DNA of 64,000 nucleotides from a virus (taxonomy: Duplodnaviria > Caudoviricetes). A program made the translations under genes and the position numbers. Location of the stretch: IMG/VR virus record IMGVR_UViG_3300020193_000017, positions 881 to 64,880 of that record. One strand, 5' to 3'. Under the pieces are notes generated by a model. It was not told the DNA's origin, made no database searches, and worked only from the letters and a program-made list of their open reading frames with translations. Shown piece after piece: positions 30,523-40,175 of this stretch (within the stretch, counting starts at the first letter, position 1; each line of letters opens with the position of its first letter).

Positions 30523-30954
30523 ATGAACATTAAACAAGCTCTAAAGAGAAAAAACAAATTGTTGGCATTAGTTGTCGAAGAATTTAACAAGGCTTCAACC
30601 TACAATAGTATTGAAGAGGGTAATCCGAGACCATATTCTACCACAGAATCAATTAAAAAATGGCAACTATATTCGGAAGAATTGGTTGAATTGAAAACTA
30701 AAATTCATAAAGCCAATGTACCGATGTTTGATAAAATTTTCACTCTTTCTGAATTGAAGAGTCAAATTAAATTTTTGAGAACATTGAATTGTACTCAAGG
30801 AAAGGAAAGAAATCGTTGGTCTGAGGGCGAGGCGGTAGTCCGTCACGCTGAGATTAACACCGTTGAAAGGGATAATATGATTAAAGTTCTTGAAACAAGA
30901 ATTGAAATGATTCAAGATGAACTTGACGATTTTAATTTCATTACTTTAATTTAA
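30523..30954 (+). CDS. DIP1984-like helical protein
   Basis: MNIKQALKRKNKL...NSIEEGNPRP...LKTKIHKAN...IQDELDDFN pattern resembles the DIP1984/DUF6847 family. Confidence 0.55.
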   Translation: MNIKQALKRKNKLLALVVEEFNKASTYNSIEEGNPRPYSTTESIKKWQLYSEELVELKTKIHKANVPMFDKIFTLSELKSQIKFLRTLNCTQGKERNRWSEGEAVVRHAEINTVERDNMIKVLETRIEMIQDELDDFNFITLI

Positions 30955-30960
30955 AATTTT

Positions 30961-31161
30961 GGATTGGGGGAGAAGGATAATTTTAATAATGAGTTACACA
31001 ATTTAAATGGCTGCAAACCATTCAACACTTGATAAGTTAACGATGATATCGAATATCAAAACTCAGAACTCAAAATATTCAAAATTGTAATTGACTGTCA
31101 AAGTTTAAAATTCCTTTTAATTCATTTTAAAGTTTGAATTCAAACCCAATCCTCCTTTTTT
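30961..31161 (+). ncRNA. Candidate structured ncRNA downstream of DIP1984-like gene
   Basis: GGATTGGG (30961-68) pairs with CCCAATCC (31145-52) and is followed by a U-tract; internal hairpins and TCA(A/G)AA(C/T) heptamer repeats. Confidence 0.45.
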
Positions 31162-31169
31162 CTAAATTT

Positions 31170-31442
31170 ATGATGAACAACATATTTGAAATCTTTATTG
31201 GAATAGTCTCTTGTTATGTACTCGGGGTAATAATCTATTTAGCAATGCAATTTTTTTCTATTAGAAAGGAACCTGAAATGATAAGTTCATTATACATCGA
31301 TGAGAACAAGGAACCCGAAACGGAATTAGATTATAATCCAAAACGAATGAAAGAAAATAAAAGTAATCGGGATAACCCAGTTGTAAAGGTAATTAAAAGG
31401 AAACAAACTAAAAAGGGGTCATTCAAGACAAAACTTAAATAG
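31170..31442 (+). CDS. Hypothetical protein with N-terminal TM helix
   Basis: ATG at 31170; hydrophobic N-terminus. Confidence 0.5.
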   Translation: MMNNIFEIFIGIVSCYVLGVIIYLAMQFFSIRKEPEMISSLYIDENKEPETELDYNPKRMKENKSNRDNPVVKVIKRKQTKKGSFKTKLK

Positions 31443-31496
31443 ATTCAAATACCCTTTAAGATGGGATTTAAAAAAAATTAATTTCTATAAAATTAT

Positions 31497-31526
31497 AACC
31501 CCTACCCACAAAGGAGGGGTTTTTTA
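31497..31526 (+). terminator. Intrinsic terminator
   Basis: AACCCCT...AGGGGTT followed by a T-run. Confidence 0.65.
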
Positions 31527-31558
31527 TTGGATATTGATATTTATATATAAAAATAGAC

Positions 31559-31792
31559 ATGGCTAAGATTATTAAACTATCACTCACCGACATCGAGAAT
31601 ATCGTTAAGAACACTATTAATGAAGCGGAATTCGATGATTTTGATACCAAGACACAACCTGAGGAATTACCCGACGCCCAAAACTATGAGGACGAGGAAA
31701 AAATTAAAAAAACTATGGCAATCGGTAGAGGTGAAGATGGTAAGATTTACGTAACAGACGTAGAGACTGGTGACATTTTAGGGGTTAAATAA
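31559..31792 (+). CDS. Small acidic protein with IIKLSLTDIENIVKNTINE leader
   Basis: GATATTTATA upstream; leader-like N-terminus. Confidence 0.6.
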   Translation: MAKIIKLSLTDIENIVKNTINEAEFDDFDTKTQPEELPDAQNYEDEEKIKKTMAIGRGEDGKIYVTDVETGDILGVK

Positions 31793-32323
31793 CTATTTAC
31801 CCTTTTTAGATTTAATGTCCTTTTGAATGTTTGATTTAAGTTTAAATAAACCCTCAAGTATAATAACATTTGTTTGAGGGTTTTCTATTTCATTCAGAAT
31901 TTGTTTGGTGGACTCATCAACTCTTGGTCGCACTGAATCTGTAAATCCCATTTGTGAATATCGTTCAAGTGATTCTCTTTTTAGAACTCTTACACCACCC
32001 TTCTTAACTTCTGTCTTAATCTTATTTTCCAAATCTACAATCTGATTCATAATCTCTATTTCTCTATCAACTATTGCATTGGTACATTCTCTTTGGTTAC
32101 TTATTATTTGAGTATTTAATTCGTTTACTCTAGTGTTCAGTTCTTCGATTTGGGTATTTTGCAACTTTACTCTTAGAACCAATTCATCACTACTTGATGT
32201 AAAAGAATCAACCATTTTTGGCCCGATTGAAATCAAAATGATTGAAAATAACAACAATAATAATGCAATTATTCTTTGACCTTGAGTGAATTTTGATAAT
32301 ATATCAGATATATATTTGAACAT
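31793..32323 (-). CDS. Membrane-anchored coiled-coil protein
   Basis: N-terminal TM then coiled coil; TATTTAT upstream. Confidence 0.55.
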   Translation of the reverse strand: MFKYISDILSKFTQGQRIIALLLLLFSIILISIGPKMVDSFTSSSDELVLRVKLQNTQIEELNTRVNELNTQIISNQRECTNAIVDREIEIMNQIVDLENKIKTEVKKGGVRVLKRESLERYSQMGFTDSVRPRVDESTKQILNEIENPQTNVIILEGLFKLKSNIQKDIKSKKGK

Positions 32324-32350
32324 TCTAGTAATAAATATTTAAAAAATATT

Positions 32351-32689
32351 ATGGGCAAAAATAAAAAGGGGATTAATAATAAAGTCGTTACCCTCTACGA
32401 ACCCGATGGATATGATGAATTCGATGTTTATGTCACATATACCATTTTCAATGAGAAAGAAATATTGGATGATTCTTTTGGAGATTCACAATACATCAAT
32501 CGAGAAGACATTGATATAAAACACTATGAATCAAATAGTGACGAGGAAATGCCTGATTGGGTTACCGAGGATTTAATTTATGATTCATTGGTTGAAGAAT
32601 TGGAAGACGAGGTAGATGATTGGGAAAATGAAAACGAATTGAAAGATTTAGAAGACGATACAGACGAGGAAGACGACGAGAATTGGTAA
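32351..32689 (+). CDS. Highly acidic hypothetical protein
   Basis: D/E-rich 112-aa ORF. Confidence 0.55.
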   Translation: MGKNKKGINNKVVTLYEPDGYDEFDVYVTYTIFNEKEILDDSFGDSQYINREDIDIKHYESNSDEEMPDWVTEDLIYDSLVEELEDEVDDWENENELKDLEDDTDEEDDENW

Positions 32690-32703
32690 AAATTTTGAAT
32701 ATT

Positions 32704-32735
32704 TTTGGTATTTTCAGGTTATATCGATACATTTG
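32704..32735 (+). promoter_or_regulatory. Bacteroidota-type sigma-ABfr promoter
   Basis: TTTG, 20-nt spacer, TACATTTG. Confidence 0.7.
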
Positions 32736-32753
32736 TAAATATAAGGATATAAT

Positions 32754-32909
32754 ATGTCAAACAACAACTCAAATTCTTCTGAAAAAATCGGACTTTTCGG
32801 TCTGATGTTCTTAATATTTATGACCTTAAAACTTATTGGTTTATTTGAACCAAGGGTAACCGCACCATTATGGGGTGGTTTTGCACTTATTCTTGTTTTA
32901 TACTTTTAA
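32754..32909 (+). CDS. Small membrane protein (51 aa; not in ORF track)
   Basis: MSNNNSNSSEKIGLFGLMFLIFMTLKLIG...APLWGGF, directly after the promoter. Confidence 0.55.
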   Translation: MSNNNSNSSEKIGLFGLMFLIFMTLKLIGLFEPRVTAPLWGGFALILVLYF

Positions 32910-32919
32910 AAAAATTATA

Positions 32920-33564
32920 ATGAAATACGTTAGTATTGACATTGAAACTTCGGGACTTAATCCTGAAACAAACGATGTGTTGTCTATAGGCGCAATTATC
33001 GAGGACACATCCAAGAAGTTACCCTTCGAACAAATTCCAAAGTTTAATGCTATTGTTCTCCAACACACCATTCAGGGTTCGCCCCGAGCAATCACTATGA
33101 ACAAGGATGTTATTTCAATGATTGGTGAGTATCTTGAGGGTAAGGATGATGTAAGAGAGATTTTAAATAGTAATAGTGGATATAAATTCTACGAAGAAGA
33201 GGAGGTAGTTAAAAAGTTTTATGAATTCCTTTGGGTAAACGGATATGGTGATGGGGTTCTAAATCAATTATTGGTAACATCGAAAATTGATTCAAACTTA
33301 AAACCTATTACACTAAATGTTGCAGGTAAAAACTTTGGAACATTTGATAAATTGTTTTTGGAAGAATTGCCGTTGTGGAAAAAACTAATTAGAACTCGTC
33401 AGAGAGTAATTGACCCATCAATCTTATTTGTTGATTGGTCAGAAGATAATGCTCTTCCTTCACTTTCTAAATGTAAAGAACGTGCCGGTGTTGGGGGAAT
33501 TGTTACCCATAATGCTCTTGAAGATGCGTGGGATGTTGTTGAACTACTAAGAAAGAACTACTAG
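32920..33564 (+). CDS. DEDDh 3'-5' exonuclease
   Basis: SIDIETSGL (Exo I), NFGTFD (Exo II), HNALEDA (Exo III). Confidence 0.88.
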   Translation: MKYVSIDIETSGLNPETNDVLSIGAIIEDTSKKLPFEQIPKFNAIVLQHTIQGSPRAITMNKDVISMIGEYLEGKDDVREILNSNSGYKFYEEEEVVKKFYEFLWVNGYGDGVLNQLLVTSKIDSNLKPITLNVAGKNFGTFDKLFLEELPLWKKLIRTRQRVIDPSILFVDWSEDNALPSLSKCKERAGVGGIVTHNALEDAWDVVELLRKNY

Positions 33565-33654
33565 TCCAAATAAAGTGCCACGAATTAAAAAGAATGTTTT
33601 AGGTATAAGTTAATATAATTTTTATAGTTTTATATTAAAATATTTTAAATATTT

Positions 33655-33686
33655 TTTGGAATATTAAAAACTTGTGTATATCTTTG
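33655..33686 (+). promoter_or_regulatory. Bacteroidota-type promoter, probably leaderless transcript
   Basis: TTTG-N20-TATCTTTG ending 4 nt before the ATG at 33691. Confidence 0.7.
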
Positions 33687-33690
33687 TGGT

Positions 33691-34239
33691 ATGAAAACAC
33701 TAATAATTCACCCAAAAGACAGGTCGACAACCTTTTTGGACATCGTATACAATCCGATACCTAACAAGACGGTGATAACTGGTGGGGTTACTAAACATAA
33801 GATAAAAAAGTTAATTAAAGAACATGACCGAGTTATGATGATGGGACATGGTTCATCTTATGGTTTATTTTCGGTTGGCATGTTCAAAAACGCAAATGGT
33901 TTTATAATCGACCAAACAATTGCTTCAACGCTTAAAGAAAAAAACAATTCAGTATTTATATGGTGTAATGCCGACATGTTTGTTAACCATCACAATTTAA
34001 AAGGATTCTTTTCAGGTATGTTTATTTCGGAAATTGGTGAAGCATACTATTGTGGTTTACTTGGCACAAAACAACGTGTGGTCGACGAATCTAATTTTGG
34101 ATTTTGTAATATATTATCAGAGGTAATCAACGAACCACAAGAATCTGCATACAAACACATAATGAGTAAGTACGGACGAATTGCCGAATCTAATCCCGTG
34201 GCTTTATACAACCATAAACGACTTTATTTATCAATCTAA
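33691..34239 (+). CDS. Hypothetical protein with possible caspase/gingipain-like H-C dyad
   Basis: MMGHGS...IWCNA motifs; the fold is an inference. Confidence 0.5.
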   Translation: MKTLIIHPKDRSTTFLDIVYNPIPNKTVITGGVTKHKIKKLIKEHDRVMMMGHGSSYGLFSVGMFKNANGFIIDQTIASTLKEKNNSVFIWCNADMFVNHHNLKGFFSGMFISEIGEAYYCGLLGTKQRVVDESNFGFCNILSEVINEPQESAYKHIMSKYGRIAESNPVALYNHKRLYLSI

Positions 34240-34714
34240 TGGCGCGATACATTATTATTAAGAAAATGATTACGGACAAGTTTAACGTAGATGGTGAACC
34301 CCGCTATGTCCATGTAATCATGAATGACTCACAGGGTGAAGTTGAGGAATTCGAAAATGAAGATGGGGTAAACAAAATGGTCGAATTGCTAAATGCAAAT
34401 ACCGATTCAGGTAACTGGGGACACACATATTTTTCACGTAAAATAATTGACTAATGAAAACTTTTAAGGATTTAGTTTTTGTGGAAAAACCCCATAATAT
34501 GGGAGTATCAGCTCGTATCGAATTCGATAATGGTTATGGTGCTTCCGTTGTGAAAGGACCTCATACATATGGGGGTAAAGACGGCCTTTATGAAATGGGA
34601 ATATTGGATTCTAGTGGTAATCTCACATATGAAACACCAATCACAAATGATGTAATTGGTTATTTGAGTGAATCCGAGGTATCCGATTATTTGAGAAAGA
34701 TTCAAGAATTATAG
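34239..34714 (+). other. Two small hypothetical proteins (34239-34454, 34454-34714)
   Basis: Coupled ORFs; the second has the common phage motif FDNGYGASV...GLYE. Confidence 0.55.
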
Positions 34715-34715
34715 A

Positions 34716-35087
34716 ATGTCTGATAAAATCAACCCATATCTCTATCCAGGTTTGAAATATACTTTTATTAATAAGTTTAGAAAAATATTTACCGAACAGG
34801 AAATATTAACCATTATCTTAGATAATTTTGGATTAACATTTGAAATGGTATCATCAAAAGTTCGAATTAGAAAGTTTGTTGATGCGAGAATTGTAATTAG
34901 CTACATTCTAAGAAAAAAACTTGGATACACTTACACTCACATTGGTAGGGTACTTGGTCACAGGCACCACACAACAGTAATCTACAACGAAAAAAAGTTT
35001 GTTGATTTATATCTTACCGATTCGGGATTCAGGGACATATCCGATGTGATACTTAGTCATGTTGGTTTAAAACCGCCAACACCATGA
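34716..35087 (+). CDS. DnaA C-terminal-like HTH protein
   Basis: RKFVDARIVISYILR...IGRVLGHRHHTTVIY matches the DnaA domain IV pattern (R..HTTV). Confidence 0.75.
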   Translation: MSDKINPYLYPGLKYTFINKFRKIFTEQEILTIILDNFGLTFEMVSSKVRIRKFVDARIVISYILRKKLGYTYTHIGRVLGHRHHTTVIYNEKKFVDLYLTDSGFRDISDVILSHVGLKPPTP

Positions 35088-35575
35088 AAAATATCTATAT
35101 AATCATTTTATTTTTATTACTTTCTTCCCCTTTATATTCACAATTAAATCCTAGTATTGGTAGTCGAATATTTAATTATTCAGTTTCATATGGGCCAAGA
35201 AAGACAAATGTTTTCTACTCAATAGGTTATTCATTTAGCTCACAAAACTCAATCCCATCGATAGAATTTGGTTATTTTCCAATATCCGCAGGAATGTATA
35301 TTGTTCAGAATGAGAGATTTGTGTTGAATAGTAAACCCGCGGATTATTTTTATACTCTTAACTACATATATCGTAACAAAAAAAGAAATAAATTGTTACT
35401 AATGGGTGGAATTGGGCCATCAATTAACAAAGAATTTAAAGGTGTGGTTGTTAAAATCGGTACGGACTTCAGAGTTGCAGAACCGTTTTACCTATCTTTG
35501 CATTCATTTCAAGAATTGTATGGTGAATCTAAAAACCATTTCACTTTTGGTGCTAAACTTTGTTTGTTTAATTAA
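35084..35575 (+). CDS. Secreted/outer-membrane small beta-barrel-like protein
   Basis: Signal peptide; beta-strand pattern ending FTFGAKLCLFN. Confidence 0.45.
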   Translation: MKNIYIIILFLLLSSPLYSQLNPSIGSRIFNYSVSYGPRKTNVFYSIGYSFSSQNSIPSIEFGYFPISAGMYIVQNERFVLNSKPADYFYTLNYIYRNKKRNKLLLMGGIGPSINKEFKGVVVKIGTDFRVAEPFYLSLHSFQELYGESKNHFTFGAKLCLFN

Positions 35576-35927
35576 ACTAAAAAACATGAAAAAGAATTGG
35601 ATTGACAAAGCAATTGAAAACTCATTCACAAAATCGGAGAAGAATGGTAACTTTGAAAAACAAGTTATCACAATTGAAATATACAAAAAAAACAACATAA
35701 AAAACTTTTCAGATATTAAATCTATTTGTGATATTTTATTGAAGAGACTTAATTTTGGTAAACGATAACATCCAATAGGTTGAAACTACACCCCATTCCA
35801 AGAAGCAGTTGAGAACATCAAGGTTATCGAGGGTCGTCTAATGACCAAAGAATTTTACGAGTTACATTATTTAAAAAGGAACCAGTAAAATCGGAACGCA
35901 ATTTGTTTAACGTTTAAATCATATTAT

Positions 35928-36494
35928 ATGTTTTATAAATTTGATAATAAATCGTTAGTTTGGGAGAAAGATTGGAGAAAAACAAAAATCGCGTTGTCGG
36001 TTGTTATTGTTTTAATGTTCGCCTCGTTTCTTCTTGGGAGATTCCAAAGATTTTCTTCACTTGACCAATATGAAAAGGAATTACTGGTCATTAGTTTAGA
36101 CGCTGAAAAGAATAAATTCAACAGGGATAGATTGATAGATGAGATAAAAAGATTGAATGTAAAGTATCCACACATCGTTATGGCTCAATCTATAATTGAG
36201 ACGGGTAATTTCAGTAGTCGTATTTTCAAAGAGAACCATAATCTCTTTGGTATGAAGAAAGCCACAATAAGAATTAATACCGCTTTGGGCAGTCAGCATG
36301 GGCACGCTTTCTATGATAATTGGAGAGAATCATTATATGATTATGCTTTTTATCAATGTCGTTATCTGTCGGATATAAGGTCCGAAATGGAATATTTTCA
36401 ATATTTATCTAAGACCTACGCGGAAGCCGGTGATGGATATATCAGTGCAATAAAACAAACAATAGAAAAAGAAAACTTAAAATCATTATTTTAA
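35928..36494 (+). CDS. Membrane-anchored glucosaminidase (GH73/FlgJ-like)
   Basis: AQSIIETG, NLFGMK and YAE motifs; N-terminal TM. Confidence 0.8.
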   Translation: MFYKFDNKSLVWEKDWRKTKIALSVVIVLMFASFLLGRFQRFSSLDQYEKELLVISLDAEKNKFNRDRLIDEIKRLNVKYPHIVMAQSIIETGNFSSRIFKENHNLFGMKKATIRINTALGSQHGHAFYDNWRESLYDYAFYQCRYLSDIRSEMEYFQYLSKTYAEAGDGYISAIKQTIEKENLKSLF

Positions 36495-36608
36495 TATAAG
36501 ATTGAAAAGATTATTAGTACACCTAAGGAGATTCTATCCTTATTTAAAGTTCGTATAGGAAAAACGAATCGAATATATGATTAGGTCAGGAAAGACATTA
36601 TTTTAAGT

Positions 36609-36636
36609 AATCCCCATTATGGGGATTTTTTTTTTA
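36609..36636 (+). terminator. Intrinsic terminator
   Basis: AATCCCCA-TTA-TGGGGATT followed by a long T-run. Confidence 0.75.
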
Positions 36637-36678
36637 TTAAAATTTTGGACATTCAAATTTTTTTCTTATATTTTAAAT

Positions 36679-37395
36679 ATGCTATACAATAAATTTCCAC
36701 CCGAGTGGAAACTATGGATATGGACCAACATAGTAAATGGTTTCGATAGAGAATCTGTATTTAACATCTTACTAAATCACGGATTCAATTACAATTTAAT
36801 CAAAAACGAATTAGAGATTGACCCAGTCAAATCGATGATTTGGCAAAGACAATACACCCAACCTGATTTGTCAAAAAGTTCTGACAAATCCATTTATCCT
36901 TTGAATCTTAGGTTATGTGATAATCCAAACGCTTATCGTTTTGATAGTAATCTAATTGAGCTGTATCGTATACCCGACTTTCTCACTTATGATGAGTGCG
37001 ATAGTTTAATGAACGACCCAGATGAATTTCTAACCCTCGTTGAAAATAGATTTGATATTGCCACAGGAGTTGAAAGAAAGGATAGTGATGTTGTTGAAAT
37101 TATAAAATACAATGAGAAAGAAGGTGACATCATGAATGAATATGGTTCTTGGACCATCATTGTTTTTATGGATAACATTTTAGAAGGAGGAGAGTTAGGG
37201 TTTACCAAACTTGATATTAAATTTAAGTCAGTCAAAGGAGAGGCAATTGTATGGAGAAACTTCTATCCTAATGGTAAACGTAATGAAAATTCTGAGTTCA
37301 TTAATTTACCGGTTGGTGAAGGAACAAAGACAATAGTGATTAAAAATTATTCCAAAGAAGTAAAAGAAGTACAAGAGATTAATGTAGATATATAA
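36679..37395 (+). CDS. Prolyl-4-hydroxylase-like 2OG-Fe(II) oxygenase, apparently inactive
   Basis: DFLTYDEC, EGGELGF, KGEAIVWRN and PVGEGTK are present; HxD and the distal His are absent. Confidence 0.65.
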   Translation: MLYNKFPPEWKLWIWTNIVNGFDRESVFNILLNHGFNYNLIKNELEIDPVKSMIWQRQYTQPDLSKSSDKSIYPLNLRLCDNPNAYRFDSNLIELYRIPDFLTYDECDSLMNDPDEFLTLVENRFDIATGVERKDSDVVEIIKYNEKEGDIMNEYGSWTIIVFMDNILEGGELGFTKLDIKFKSVKGEAIVWRNFYPNGKRNENSEFINLPVGEGTKTIVIKNYSKEVKEVQEINVDI

Positions 37396-37404
37396 AATAG
37401 TTGA

Positions 37405-37650
37405 ATGAAGTATTATATAATAATTTTTATATTCCAAATTTTATTTAGCATATTCAAAGTATTAGAAATTAAATTCACATATGAAAACAAATTGAGACCT
37501 CTGTTATTTAATTCCATTTGGATAAATTTGGTTTCATTAGCTGCTGTTTACTATTCTTTGGATAGATTGTTTGTTGGTGACCTGTGGGTCATTCCTTTTT
37601 ATGTTATGGGTAGTGTTATTGGTAAGTGGATAGCGATGACCAAATATTAA
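37405..37650 (+). CDS. Small membrane protein
   Basis: Three hydrophobic segments. Confidence 0.55.
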   Translation: MKYYIIIFIFQILFSIFKVLEIKFTYENKLRPLLFNSIWINLVSLAAVYYSLDRLFVGDLWVIPFYVMGSVIGKWIAMTKY

Positions 37651-37737
37651 ATTTATATTATTTTACTTTTTAAATATTTTTTTGGATATCTAAAATATTA
37701 TTGTTATTATTGTGTATAAATATTAAAACCGAACAAC

Positions 37738-37875
37738 ATGCAAGAAGACAAAGACAACTTCGATTATCAAGGAAAGAGAAGAGACCAAGTGCAGTTTAGT
37801 GAAACTGTTACTTACTTTTCAATCATAGGTCTAATACTAATAATTGTTATTGCACTAATCAGTCAACAATTTTGA
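37738..37875 (+). CDS. Small single-TM protein (45 aa; not in ORF track)
   Basis: MQEDKDNFDYQGKRR...IIGLILIIVIALISQQF*. Confidence 0.5.
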   Translation: MQEDKDNFDYQGKRRDQVQFSETVTYFSIIGLILIIVIALISQQF

Positions 37876-37878
37876 TAT

Positions 37879-38382
37879 ATGGAAATGATTATACACCCAA
37901 CATTCTTTGACCATAGGGGTTGTTACGCTCCTATTGAATTAAGAGCAATGGATATGGAATGGACACAATGTTCTATTAGTGTCAATGAAAAACCTTTTAC
38001 ATTTAGAGGTCTTCATTATCAAACCAATCCACCACAAAGAAAATACATTAAAGTAGTTCAGGGAGAAATTGTGGACTTTGCTGTTGATTTAAAAACTGGT
38101 GATGTCGACTTTGAAAAACTAACATCTGGTTATGCCGTTTATATCCCTGACGACAAAGCACATGGGTTTCTTACATTAACACCCAACACCATTGTTGTTT
38201 ATTTGGTTTATGGTGAATACAACCCTGAATCAGAACACTCATTGGTTTGGAGTGAAAACAAAAAGGTCTCCAAGATTGTCGGTGCATTTGTCGGTGATAA
38301 TGAAATCACAATTTCAGAAAAAGATTTAACAGGTAATTTTGCTGATTTAGAAAGATACAAAAGAGGAAGAAGTAAATATTAA
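37879..38382 (+). CDS. rmlC: dTDP-4-dehydrorhamnose 3,5-epimerase
   Basis: FFDHRG, TFRGLHYQ, GEIVDFAVDL, AHGFLTL, YNPESE and ISEKD motifs. Confidence 0.9.
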   Translation: MEMIIHPTFFDHRGCYAPIELRAMDMEWTQCSISVNEKPFTFRGLHYQTNPPQRKYIKVVQGEIVDFAVDLKTGDVDFEKLTSGYAVYIPDDKAHGFLTLTPNTIVVYLVYGEYNPESEHSLVWSENKKVSKIVGAFVGDNEITISEKDLTGNFADLERYKRGRSKY

Positions 38383-38394
38383 CCGATAACTATA

Positions 38395-39336
38395 ATGAAT
38401 GAATTTAGATTTGAACATGAATTTTGGACCATTAGAAAACTAAAAGAGTATTGTGACGATGGTAAATTAGAAATTCTACCACACCAACGACCACTTAAAT
38501 TGGGTAAAAACCACGTTAAAACATTCATTCAGTCTGTTTTGAATGGTGACATGACCGATGTCCCATTAAAATTTGCCGACATTGAATCATGTAAAAAGAA
38601 GTGTGAAGGAACCGAAGACGAAGAGTTCTTTAATTTTTATTTAGAACAAGATAGAATTCACACAGTTGAAGATGGACAGCACAGAATCATCGCCATTCAA
38701 GAGGTGGATGAGTCACACTTTAAAGATGAATTTGTAGGTAAACTTGAGGAATTTATGAATACAAAGATTATTGTATTCATATATCACAACGCAATAAGAG
38801 AGGATTTAATTCGCAAGTTCGGAAAAACAAATGGGTCAAGAACTGTAACCACAGCCGAAACATTGTGGGGACAACACAACGAATTCAATACAAGCGTAAA
38901 AGAAACGTTTGTAAACAACGAGAATTTTATTCGATTGTATGGAGTAAAGAAGAAGAGTGATGCGGTTGAGAGAATATTATACGGAAACATAATTAAAATG
39001 TTAAAGGTGTGTGGTTTCTATGATGGAGTGGTTCAGGGAAGTGCAAACACTAGTTCCCCATCAATGTTAACCTTTGTGGGTTCAAACATTGATATGAGTA
39101 GATTTTCAAATTGTACATCTTTGTTTGATAAATGGTATGCAATCATATGTACTAAAGACCAAAAGATTTGTTCAACCTTTGCTTATCAATCTAACTTGTT
39201 TTTTCTTTTACACATTCTTAAAAACAAAAAGATTGAATGGGATGTAAATAAAATAGATGACTACGTAACAAAGCTGAGTGATTCAAGGAGTTCAGCAGAA
39301 AAACGTTACGAATATATTTTAAGTGATTTCAAATGA
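38395..39336 (+). CDS. DUF262/ParB-like domain protein
   Basis: ILPHQRP, VEDGQHR and F..TNG motifs. Confidence 0.7.
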   Translation: MNEFRFEHEFWTIRKLKEYCDDGKLEILPHQRPLKLGKNHVKTFIQSVLNGDMTDVPLKFADIESCKKKCEGTEDEEFFNFYLEQDRIHTVEDGQHRIIAIQEVDESHFKDEFVGKLEEFMNTKIIVFIYHNAIREDLIRKFGKTNGSRTVTTAETLWGQHNEFNTSVKETFVNNENFIRLYGVKKKSDAVERILYGNIIKMLKVCGFYDGVVQGSANTSSPSMLTFVGSNIDMSRFSNCTSLFDKWYAIICTKDQKICSTFAYQSNLFFLLHILKNKKIEWDVNKIDDYVTKLSDSRSSAEKRYEYILSDFK

Positions 39337-40175
39337 AAGAAGTAGAAATGCAGAACCACTTGGTTCAGATTTTAAAAAAGTATAATCTACGTAGGGGATT
39401 GGTGAGTAAATTAGTTGTCAACCCACTTACATTTATTTTTAGAGATGATGCCGGTGAAGAACTTCGATGGTCTTATTATAATTCTGTTTGCAAGGAGCTG
39501 AAGATTAAAAACAAAATCATCAGATTACATGGAATGGATAGTGAAAAGGCGGCAACAAAAAAGAACGATGGTCATATGACGGAAAGGTTCTTTGAAATGT
39601 TCGGTTGTGAGGTGGTTCCCGGTGTAAATAAAACAGATTTAATTAAGGATGGTAATGTGTTTGCATCTGTTAAGGGAGGAAAGAAAATCCAATGGGGTAT
39701 GCACGTAGTAAACAAACTACCCGAAAGATTCCAATTACTTTTTGGTAATTACATTTCGTCTTTTGAAAAAAATTCCGTATATTATACTAACAGAAGGGAT
39801 ATTGCAAATTCAATCATAAGTCACCTTGACAACAGGGATTCAAGATTTGATTTGTTAAACTATTTCTTCAGAAAAGATGAGTGGGTACCATATTTAATTG
39901 TCAAAGATTGTGATAGTGGAATATATTATCGAATAAAATACATTGACCTAATCAATGTTCTATGTGATAACATAAGTTTCTATACTACTAAAGACAAAGT
40001 AAAAATAGTATCTCGTATTCTTATTAAAAATAAACCAATATCTCTGTTTGAGATAGAGACAAGAAGTGATAAAGGAAATGCATTATTAATGCACGGCAAA
40101 AGCAAAGTAATAATAGATATTATAAATAACTTTAAAATTAATGTTGAAGAAACACATCAACAAAACGCCGATTAG
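39333..40175 (+). CDS. Putative PD-(D/E)xK restriction-endonuclease-like protein
   Basis: GHMTE...KTDLI...ASVK arrangement; coupled to a DNA methyltransferase. Confidence 0.5.
   Translation: MKEVEMQNHLVQILKKYNLRRGLVSKLVVNPLTFIFRDDAGEELRWSYYNSVCKELKIKNKIIRLHGMDSEKAATKKNDGHMTERFFEMFGCEVVPGVNKTDLIKDGNVFASVKGGKKIQWGMHVVNKLPERFQLLFGNYISSFEKNSVYYTNRRDIANSIISHLDNRDSRFDLLNYFFRKDEWVPYLIVKDCDSGIYYRIKYIDLINVLCDNISFYTTKDKVKIVSRILIKNKPISLFEIETRSDKGNALLMHGKSKVIIDIINNFKINVEETHQQNAD

Noticed and set aside
35700-35890. Possible pseudogene fragment (NYTPFQEAVE...) and an IEETNFGK echo of the 44547 gene
   Set aside because: Too short to assign without alignment.
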